The position numbers and the translations under genes are program-made. 64,000 nucleotides of DNA from an uncultured bacterium (lineage in GTDB: Bacteria; Actinomycetota; Acidimicrobiia; Spongiisociales; UBA5794). The stretch lies in contig CAWDDT010000009.1 in NCBI GenBank assembly GCA_963801165.1, forward strand, positions 320,001 through 384,000. Direction: 5' to 3'. Shown in pieces: positions 56,458-64,000 of the stretch (position 1 is the first letter of the stretch; the number at the start of each line of letters is the position of its first letter). The notes under the pieces are model-generated. The model saw nothing but the letters and a program-made list of their open reading frames with translations. It was not told the DNA's origin and did not search any database.

Positions 56458-57313
56458 GACATCGCCACAACGAGTATTCGGCGGACCAAGCGGGGAGGTG
56501 CCGTTTGGCGACGACCCGGTGTGTCTGGAAGGGATGGATCCCGCCACCACACCCCTACCCGGGCCCCAACCGACAGGCGGAGACGGGTGGGCCTTTCTTG
56601 CTGTCGTGGACTCTATGGTGGGTGATCGACCGACCGTCATCACCGACGCCGAGGCTCTCCACGGGCTGTGGAATCGGCTGGGTGGCGAAGGGCCCCCACC
56701 AAGCGCCGATTTCGACACCCACATCGTCGTAGGATTCGCTTTGCTCCACAGCGGGTCGTGTCCGGAGACCCGATTCGACGACGTCGTCGTTGAAGGCGAC
56801 CTCGTCTATCCGGTCATATCTCACCTGAGCACTCAACAGTTCTGCACCGACGATGGGAACCCACGCACCTATCTAATCGCTATTCAACGCGACCGGCTGC
56901 CCACACCACCGTTCCGGATTTCATACCAGAAGGGGACGGTCCTAGAGGTGCAAGTGATAGCCGATCTCCGCGAGCCGGGAAGCCTCGCCACAGAAGGCGA
57001 AACCGAAGACATCACCGCCGTGCCGCCTCGCACCGCGACTCAGACACCGTTGATAATCGAACCCGGCTTCCCATGGCCCTTCACCCTCGACCCAACCTGT
57101 GGAACTGAGTACCTGGGAGTCATCAACGGGGTCGGCTGGCACATCGCCGATGACACAGACCTCCCCGTCGAATGGGATGCAGCCACCGTCAACGGCCTCC
57201 TAGACCTAGAAATCGTCCTCAAAGAGGGCCCCGAACCCTCCCTCACCGCCACCGCCGTAGAACGAGACGTCCTCTACCTACCAGGACCGGACGAAGGAAA
57301 CCCCTGCGACTAG
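56458..57313 (+). pseudogene. Probable 5'-truncated extracytoplasmic protein (or short CDS from ATG 56534)
   Basis: Frame reads as coding from about FGDDPVCLEG; motifs DF...V.F....SGSCP...DDV and CTDDGNP; no signal peptide or SD. Confidence 0.5.
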
Positions 57314-57638
57314 ACACAGACCAGGCACTGCCACCAGCAACAGGCGTCCGGCCTACCCGTCGTGTCCCAACTGCTCTGACGTAGATGAGGAACTCCGTTC
57401 GATTGGTAGCCCCGGATGGAAGCCATCACCATCGGTATTCGATACCCCGCACGGCGAGGTGCCGCTCTAGCGCTCGCAGCGAAGGGCGTGATATCGCTGC
57501 GAATTTGTTGTTCTCGAGTGGGGTTGAATGGTCTTTGATGGTGCCGGTCGGTGCCTTGTGGCTAGGAGCCTCGTAGGCACCCTGCGAGGCTGGTCCGATA
57601 GTGACATACAGTTAGCTTGTTCCGTCTACTGGTCCCTT

Positions 57639-57666
57639 GGGAACCTTGGGAGGGCATCTACGCGTC
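57639..57666 (+). promoter_or_regulatory. ECF-sigma-type promoter GGGAACC-N16-GCGTC
   Basis: 33 nt upstream of the lipoprotein start at 57700. Confidence 0.65.
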
Positions 57667-57699
57667 CAACCCGTAGTAGAAGCGAAGGGGTGGACAGCA

Positions 57700-58479
57700 G
57701 TGAAACTCACAAAAGCGGTAGCTCTCGGCGCTGTCCTCGTTGTTGTCGGTTGTGGCTCTCCAAACCCTGAGAGCGCGTCAACCGAGAATGAACCAACCAG
57801 TGCTGCGCCGACGTCCAGTGCTGCCCCGACATCAACACTCCCGGGGGTCGAGCTTTCGGTGGACAACGGGGTTGCCAACGGGGATAAGCAGTTCGGTATT
57901 CGGAATGCGGGTTGGCTGTTGGTGTCAGGCTCGGTGGACGAACAGCCGATCCCGACAGAGCCCGATCTGGTGATGCGTTTCGGTGAAACCATCCTCAGCT
58001 TCCCGTTGTCGTGCAACTCGGGGTCGGTCCCCTACGAAGTCGACGGCACCTCGATCGAGTTCGATCTCGACCACTTCGCAACAAGCCTAGAAGCGTGTTC
58101 GACAGACCAAGCGGACATGTTCGAAGCCAGCCTGCCCCGGGTCGAGACGGTAACGATGAGCGACGATGAACAGCATCTCGAGTTCGAAGGTGACGGTGTC
58201 TCTATGCAATTCGTCAGCAGCACCGCCAGCTCCGGCCCGCTCCGCTACATGTTGGGTCGCCTTGTGTGTTCTCCTGGGGTGGTTGTCGAGGAGAGAGTTC
58301 CCGACACCGGCCAAGACCAACTGGAGGTCGCTCGAGCAGCCGCACGTGACGTCGTCGAGGTCGAGTCCGATTCGCCACTGTGGTGGTGGGGACTCGACCA
58401 AAACGGAACAGTCATTGTCGCATTAGCTCTAGGAGACGCCGACGGAGCCGACTACCAGGTCTGGACCTGCGAACCCTAA
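57700..58479 (+). CDS. Lipoprotein with META/HslJ-like domain
   Basis: VVVG|C lipobox, PTSAAP linker, W.LVSG...SCNSG...Y.VDG....F......S..AC. Confidence 0.75.
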   Translation: MKLTKAVALGAVLVVVGCGSPNPESASTENEPTSAAPTSSAAPTSTLPGVELSVDNGVANGDKQFGIRNAGWLLVSGSVDEQPIPTEPDLVMRFGETILSFPLSCNSGSVPYEVDGTSIEFDLDHFATSLEACSTDQADMFEASLPRVETVTMSDDEQHLEFEGDGVSMQFVSSTASSGPLRYMLGRLVCSPGVVVEERVPDTGQDQLEVARAAARDVVEVESDSPLWWWGLDQNGTVIVALALGDADGADYQVWTCEP

Positions 58480-58674
58480 AACAGGACGTTCTGACCCAGA
58501 ACCCACCGAAATTGACTGGACCCTTGCAGCACGACAAACCTGCGAGCACCACCGTGAGTGATCCACTTCGCGAGCGCGCAAGTGCCGTTCGGGGACACTT
58601 TGCGAAATGCTCGTTCTCGCTTCAGTGTCATCATCGGGGTGTCCGGCGGGTTGGCTCACGTTCGAGCGATCTGC

Positions 58675-59082
58675 TCAGGTTGGGTCGTTAAAGCGGACGC
58701 GTTGTTTGAGCCATGTGGCGGTCCAGGTTTCGTCGACTTCGCTGGCTGCGATGGCGAGCATGGCCGCTTCGGATTGCTCGATGTCGGGTGGGTCGGGTTC
58801 CCAGGTGCCGTCGTTGAGGTCGATGAACATCACCAGCGCCGCCCAGGCAGCCCGCTTGTTCCCGTCAGGGAGCGGATGATTCCAAGCCAACCGGCAAACC
58901 AGCACCGCTGCCTTGTCATAGAGGTCGGGGTAGAACTCGATATCACCGAACCCGGCTTGAGGGGCGTGCAACGCCGAGTCGGCCAGCTCGGATCGGGACG
59001 CTTTGGCGAGAGTATCGGCGTCGACACCGGTAGCTTGTTGGGCCAGCCAGAAGTACTCGGCCAGCGTGATGTAGCGAGTCAC
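58675..59082 (-). CDS. Doc/Fic-family toxin
   Basis: SALHAPQAGF, YPDLYDKAA, HPLPDGNKR (Doc motif). Confidence 0.9.
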   Translation of the reverse strand: MTRYITLAEYFWLAQQATGVDADTLAKASRSELADSALHAPQAGFGDIEFYPDLYDKAAVLVCRLAWNHPLPDGNKRAAWAALVMFIDLNDGTWEPDPPDIEQSEAAMLAIAASEVDETWTATWLKQRVRFNDPT

Positions 59083-59288
59083 TGGGCGAGGCGCTCCAGC
59101 AGTTCCCGGTCGCGGTCGAGGAGTCGCTTGGCGCGGCTGGTGAAGTCCTCGTCTTGGCGGACTCGCCCGATTTCAGCCTTGAGTGCATCGACGATCAACG
59201 CATTGACGCTGGTGCCGTTGACGCGGGCGACGGCCTCGGCATCGTCAGCGAGGTCCTCGGGAAGACGGACGGTGGTCTGTTTAGTCAT
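59079..59288 (-). CDS. Ribbon-helix-helix antitoxin
   Basis: 69 aa; TTVRLPEDL....A...GTSVNALIVDAL, C-terminal RELLERLA; overlaps the toxin start (GTGA). Confidence 0.85.
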   Translation of the reverse strand: MTKQTTVRLPEDLADDAEAVARVNGTSVNALIVDALKAEIGRVRQDEDFTSRAKRLLDRDRELLERLAQ

Positions 59289-59294
59289 GCCCTC

Positions 59295-59310
59295 ATGATA
59301 TCGCGATATC
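59295..59310 (-). promoter_or_regulatory. TA operator overlapping the -10; leaderless
   Basis: Perfect palindrome GATATCGCGATATC (59297-59310); -10 TATCAT 6 nt before the ATG. Confidence 0.7.
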
Positions 59311-59592
59311 GAGACAGCGCAACCGCCCATAACGCCAACCAACCCGCACATTATCGAGCGCCCCTGAGCGAGAGATATCCGGCAATATGCCGGTAGTCCC
59401 GTTATCTGGAAAACACGTTGGGTGGCCGAAGTGTCGGTTGGTGGCGCGCCGAGGATGGCGTCGCTCCGGCGGACACGCCACGCAGCGTGACAACCTGGCC
59501 ATCTGCTGGCAGCCTCGAGCAACCGGTGCTGGGCAGATCCTGCAGGCCACCGACAGCTCCTGTCGCGTTTCCCGTAGAACTTCGAGTCTCTG

Positions 59593-60372
59593 CTACTCGA
59601 TCAGAGTGAGAACGTCGGCTATCACAAGCTCGGTGGCGGCTTCGATGTCGTAGCCCTCCGGCCAGGCGGTCACCAGCGGACGGATGTCTTCGCGGTACGC
59701 CGAGCGCTTCGCCTTCTCGCGGAGGTTGAGTTCTGCGCGGCGTTTGCTGTAGCCGTCGGGGCGGTACGGAGCGAAGGCCTCAACAATCGACGATGCTGGG
59801 ACGCCGAGCCTGGTGAGGGCTAGCCAGAGGTCGAACAGGTCGCGCCCCTTCGATCGCTGGAAAAGGGCTCGGATCTTCGTCGCCACGACCTCGTCGAGGG
59901 TGAAGGTGAGCACCTCGGCACTGCCCGTGAACCAGGAGGACTCGACACGGTAGGGGATCCTGATCGGCGGGCGTGCCGGCGAACGCTCGAAGGTGTTGAC
60001 CTCGATCTTGACCCGCATCTGGCCTACCCCGGTCTCGTAGGCTGCCCGGAGGAATACCTTGGGGTGCTCGCCGATTCTTGTCCGCACCTCCATGCCAAGT
60101 CGCTTGCCTATCTGGGTCACGGCTCGGGTGAGGTCGCTAATCCCTCCTCCGGTGCTGCGGACGTAGTCGAGATCCTCGCTGTAACGCAGTGGCTCGGGGG
60201 CGTGGAGCTTGTGCAGGCAGGTGCCGCCCCGGAATACCAGCTCGTCGCCGAGGTAGTCGTCGTTGGCTATCTCAACGATCAGTCGGGAGAGCAGCAGGTC
60301 TTGCTCGATCTGCTCGACCGTCGGCCACGGAACTGCGCGGCCCCACTCGGTGATGGCGGCTCGGGGAATCAC
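59593..60372 (-). CDS. abiEii: AbiEii nucleotidyltransferase toxin (type IV TA)
   Basis: EQDLLLS, FRGGTCL, RYSEDLD, KIEVN, TKIRAL.QR.KGRDLFD. Confidence 0.88.
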   Translation of the reverse strand: MIPRAAITEWGRAVPWPTVEQIEQDLLLSRLIVEIANDDYLGDELVFRGGTCLHKLHAPEPLRYSEDLDYVRSTGGGISDLTRAVTQIGKRLGMEVRTRIGEHPKVFLRAAYETGVGQMRVKIEVNTFERSPARPPIRIPYRVESSWFTGSAEVLTFTLDEVVATKIRALFQRSKGRDLFDLWLALTRLGVPASSIVEAFAPYRPDGYSKRRAELNLREKAKRSAYREDIRPLVTAWPEGYDIEAATELVIADVLTLIE

Positions 60373-61187
60373 GACGACTCCTCGTCCGGGTACTCGGCGA
60401 CGATCACGTTCCAGCGGTGGTCGATAGTCCCGGATCGCCCGTAGCCAGGATCGAGCGGTGTGGGTGTTGTCCGTGAAGATGCGAGGGGCAGCAGCGGTTC
60501 GGTGTCCACCTCCACCTCGACTTGCCCTGCCATGTAGTCGAGGAGCCATCCGGTGCGCTGAACAATCGATGCGGGATAGCCGGCCGCAGCTTCGGCGAGA
60601 CGACCAACATCAACCGCTCCCTCGGTCAGCATCTCTCCGATGACGGTGGCAACGTTGAACAAGGCGCCGCTCTCATCAGGGAACGCCACCAGATCGAGCA
60701 CCGTCGCTTCTGGAGTGGAGACACGCATCGTCCCGGTTGGAGTGTTCACGCTCTCGGTGGGACGATCCGAAGTGTGTACGGAGGTGATGAAATCGATGCG
60801 AACCCGCCCCAATGTCCGGTCTCGAAGCCGCGCCGATGTCATCACCTGGAACACCTGCGGACGCTGATGAGCGGACCCGTGGATCTCGGCCGCCGACAGC
60901 AGACATACGTAGTAGTCGTGGCCGAGATGCTGCATCATGGGATCCACAAAGTGAGCGGCCGGGACGGCGTCCCAGGAGCGGAACTCGGGCGGGATGGCGA
61001 CATAGAGCCCCTTGGTTGGGCTGAATAGATGTCCTCGCCGCCTCGACTGAGCCAGCGACGGCGCCACATGGTGCTCTGGGATTCCGAGTAGCTCAGCAGC
61101 CTGGCTCGTGGTCACCCAATGGCGTCCCCGAGACAGAAGCCAGTCCGCCAGCTCCCGGGGCTCAACCGAACCCGTCACGTCAGTCAT
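60369..61187 (-). CDS. abiEi: AbiEi-family antitoxin (type IV TA)
   Basis: N-terminal wHTH, YYVCLLSAAEIHG..HQ, VSTPEATVLDL, QRTGWL, RWNV. Confidence 0.85.
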   Translation of the reverse strand: MTDVTGSVEPRELADWLLSRGRHWVTTSQAAELLGIPEHHVAPSLAQSRRRGHLFSPTKGLYVAIPPEFRSWDAVPAAHFVDPMMQHLGHDYYVCLLSAAEIHGSAHQRPQVFQVMTSARLRDRTLGRVRIDFITSVHTSDRPTESVNTPTGTMRVSTPEATVLDLVAFPDESGALFNVATVIGEMLTEGAVDVGRLAEAAAGYPASIVQRTGWLLDYMAGQVEVEVDTEPLLPLASSRTTPTPLDPGYGRSGTIDHRWNVIVAEYPDEESS

Positions 61188-61332
61188 GTATCAATACTAA
61201 CCGAAATCTTTAGTTTCGCTACAGATTCGACTGCAAAGCGGCCGGCGTGTCCGCCTAGCGAGCTACTGACCTGCCCATCGGCCGCCGGACTCCGCGGCTC
61301 TCGGTGGCCTTACGTATTACCGGCTGCTGTCG

Positions 61333-62007
61333 ATGATCCTCAAGGCAGCAGTGCGAGCCCGGCGTCTCCCGTCGAACCCTGCTCTTGGAATATCACTGCC
61401 GAGGGCAACTCGGCGTCCCCCCCGGTTCCTGATGGCGAGCCAGGTCGACGATCTCGCCCATGTCGTCCCCGAGCAACACCGCGGCCTCGTCTACGTGCTC
61501 GCGTATGGAGGGCTTCGCTGGGCGGAGGCAATCGGTCTCAAGACGAAACATGTCAACCTGCTACGTCGCCGGATCGAGGTTTGCGAAACGCTGTCTGAGG
61601 TCGGAGGGCGATTCCACCTCGTTCCGCCGAAGACATGGGAAGCTCGCACGGTTGCGATTCCGCCGTTCGTCGCTGACGTGCTTGGGGAGCACATTGGGCG
61701 ATTTGCCGAAGCTGGCTCGGAGAGCCTCATTTTTGCCGCGAGCGGGACCCCAATGCGTGCTTCGAACTTCCGGCGTCGTGTCTGGTACCCGGCCATCGCA
61801 CAGATCGGTCAGGAGGGGCTGCGAATCCACGACATGAGACACACGTGCGCCTCGATGCTCATCGCCGCCGGCGCCCACCCTGGATTAGTCCGCGAGCACC
61901 TCGGCCACTCGAGCATCCGCGTCACCATGGACGTCTATGGACACCTCTACGAGGACACCAAGGACGAGATCGCACAGCGGCTCCAGGCGATTCACCGCGG
62001 GTTGTAG
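61333..62007 (+). pseudogene. Tyrosine integrase, catalytic domain only (N-terminally truncated)
   Basis: GLRWAE, PK, HDMRH, LGH, VY all present. In-frame TGA at 61267 leaves no arm-binding domain and at most part of the core-binding domain. Confidence 0.75.
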
Positions 62008-62041
62008 CCGCGCTTTCGGTAGTGACGGCCGGTGCGGGTGA

Positions 62042-62665
62042 TCAGAGAGTGATCCGTCCGAAGAAACAGATCGGGGGACACTCCGGTCCGTTCGGTTCGA
62101 TCCGCTCGAGCGGAGTCTCCATGGCGTCCTTCGTCTTGGCCAACACGGTCCCGCTGACATCCTTGAGCGTGAAAGTGACCAAGGCTGAAGCGCCGTAGTC
62201 CCGATGAGGTAGGAAGTACTCGACGTAATCGCCGTCCGTCCACATGAACACGGACCCGGCGCGTGTCGTGCCAGAGGTCCGCTCTGATTCGCCACGGATG
62301 ACCACACCAGTTCCGGGGTCCGGGATGTCGATGGTGATGACCTCTCTGGCACAATCGCCATTCACGCAGATCTCGACGTCGTAGGTTGCGTCCGCGGTGA
62401 TGTCAACATCGGTCAGTTCGATCGTGAGAGCGGAGTCGCAACCCTCTTCGTCGCAGAATCTGGTGTCGTCCATTGCCGGCGACGATGTGGATGGGGGATT
62501 GGTCGAGAGAGAAGCAGTCGGGCTTGTCGATCCCTCTGGTGCCGTGGAGGCAACCGTCGCCGGGGCGGCCATAGAAGATGACGTCTGCTCTTCACCTGGG
62601 GTGCTGCAGGCAGAGAGAGCGACTAGCACCAGGGTGCAGACCAGGGCCATGGCTCGAATGTTCAT
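62042..62665 (-). CDS. Hypothetical lipoprotein
   Basis: ALSA|C lipobox, Ser/Thr/Pro linker, three Cys pairs (CDEEGC, CVNGDC, PNGPECPPIC). Confidence 0.78.
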   Translation of the reverse strand: MNIRAMALVCTLVLVALSACSTPGEEQTSSSMAAPATVASTAPEGSTSPTASLSTNPPSTSSPAMDDTRFCDEEGCDSALTIELTDVDITADATYDVEICVNGDCAREVITIDIPDPGTGVVIRGESERTSGTTRAGSVFMWTDGDYVEYFLPHRDYGASALVTFTLKDVSGTVLAKTKDAMETPLERIEPNGPECPPICFFGRITL

Positions 62666-62673
62666 GTCTCTTT

Positions 62674-62701
62674 GACGCTCCTTGGCGCGGGCTCGGTTCC
62701 C
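62674..62701 (-). promoter_or_regulatory. ECF-sigma-type promoter GGGAACC-N16-GCGTC; leaderless
   Basis: CGTC ends 8 nt before ATG 62665; no SD. Confidence 0.7.
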
Positions 62702-62763
62702 GTGAACCGTGCTTTTTGTTGACACCACGAGGGTGCCTCAAACCAAGGTGGATCCTCAGCCAA

Positions 62764-64000
62764 TCAGGGCAGGAGCTCGAGGTTCATGTCTTGCAGCGCA
62801 TAGCCGATCTTTGAGTAGACTTCCCAGCCGGGACCACCGCCCTTGTGGATGCCCACGGCGGTTGTAGTCAAAGGAATGAAGACGGGGGACCCTGAGTCTC
62901 CGGGGCGTGGACTCAGTTGGCTGGTGCTTCCAGAATCATCTCCGTAGTCCACCGCGGCGTACCGATAGTTGGTGTCTGGCCAGACCCCGTTGGTTGATAC
63001 CTCAACAGTGTTGTCGACGACCACACCGTACATGTTCGCCCAGTAGTGGCCATACACGTTCGCCGTTTGGGCCCCTTTCGCGATCACAAGCATGTTTCGC
63101 GGGTTTTCCCACTGGAAAGAGTCGATCGAATACCAGAACTGATCCCACCCGTATACACGGGGCTGAGGGGTCGCGCTGGCGAACCACTCTCGTAGAAACA
63201 TAATGTCGCCGTGGTCATAGTCCTCGTGGGATCTATAGCGGACTGTGCTGTATGGCGTGGTTCCGTCGGCGTAACGGATATACCACCAGTCGTCCTGGTC
63301 GTTGACCCAGTCGTTGCAGTGCGCGCAGCAGTGAGTATGCCGGTCCACGCCGGATGTGAAAGCGAATGGACGGAGAATCCTGCGGTACAGTCGTTGCTCC
63401 CGCATTGAGCGATCATACGGCCGCCCTCCGTAACTCCGCCTGTCCGGGTGGGGTCTGTAGGGCAGTCTTCGTCGAAGTCCTCAGGGCCGTCTAGGACCGT
63501 TACCGTTGAGGCCAGGTCGCCTAGGTCGGATTGGATCAATTCACGTTCTGGCTGTCCTAGTTTTGCGGATGACCCAAAAACAACCACGGTGAGGCGGTCG
63601 ATATCCGCGGCCCAACCCAACGCCAGTGAACGTCCGGAGTCATCAAGCCGCGCCAGCCGATCCCTGGCGGTGTCGAACCTCTTTTGCTCCTCGGCGGCTG
63701 TGAGTCGGGCCTGCTTAAGCTCAACGGCATCGCCTAGCGGCGCGATCAACGCCTTCGCGGTTGCCACTCAACCTGGGTCGCGTCGGCGAGCAGAACCGTG
63801 CCTGCGTTCTCTGCGAAGTCATCGCTCAAGGCCGAGTCGACGTACGACGGCACCTCGGCGGCAATGTGGTTGACGACTTCACCAAAACGAACCTGGAACT
63901 CGAGCCTCGACAAGGCCACCTGCGGGCTGACACCAAATTCCTCGGCTATTGCTGAGACTGCGGCATCGGTAGCGCCTGCTGGTGTCTCGTCCGCTGCTGA
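62764..64000 (-). pseudogene. S1 (chymotrypsin-like) secreted serine protease with prodomain; two frameshifts, 5' end outside window
   Basis: CTAGF, ILTAA/HC split by a GC-dinucleotide insertion at 63321-63326, DHGDI, GDSGSP; second shift near 63767. Confidence 0.8.

Larger units (their letters stand above)
55127..64000. mobile_element. tRNA-Phe-integrated genomic island (left part; continues beyond the window)
   Basis: tRNA 3' fragment at the boundary, tyrosine integrase remnant, two TA modules, broken genes, long non-coding spacers. Confidence 0.72.

Noticed and set aside
55400-62040. Classical integron attC array or CRISPR array
   Set aside because: No RYYYAAC...GTTRRRY hairpins after the genes, no IntI-type insertion evident in the integrase, no regularly spaced repeats and no cas genes.

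Overview
High-GC bacterial chromosome, probably an actinobacterium. This is inferred from GC content, many apparently leaderless genes, a TipA-type regulator and a vdh-like gene paired with its conserved divergent partner; Acidimicrobiia is a guess. Bases 1-55.1 kb look like intact core and accessory chromosome: ABC-F plus APH kinase, hydantoinase/oxoprolinase A+B, a surface-glycan modification locus (GT2, pyruvyltransferase, Asn-synthase-like, UPF0104, GT4, sulfotransferase, GT-C), glcDEF, Leu/Val dehydrogenase with a fused E1 alpha-beta, ppc, two more Asn-synthase-like genes plus a flippase, a WYL/VOC pair, an ABC-2 exporter, tipA-like, lutABC, an osmoprotectant ABC importer, a metallothionein-like gene, ClC-CBS-RCK, MarR plus BBE oxidase, SDR-queA-like, HAD, hsp20, a frameshifted cysteine-synthase-family gene, MFS and EamA. 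At 55127-55168 (minus strand) lies the 3' half of a tRNA-Phe(GAA) starting exactly at the anticodon loop, read as the att boundary of an integrated element that runs off the right end. The element carries lipoprotein and secreted cargo, a Doc-type TA pair, an AbiE type IV TA pair, a truncated tyrosine integrase and a frameshifted S1 protease, and its spacers share a recurring quasi-palindromic motif. Other top leads are an identical GGGAACC-N16-GCGTC ECF-type promoter before three unrelated Cys-paired lipoproteins, a SoxR/MerR-type promoter on the SDR-queA-like operon, three Cys1-less Asn-synthase-like proteins in glycan loci, and a structured leader before the osmolyte importer. All calls come from reading motifs by eye; no searches were run.
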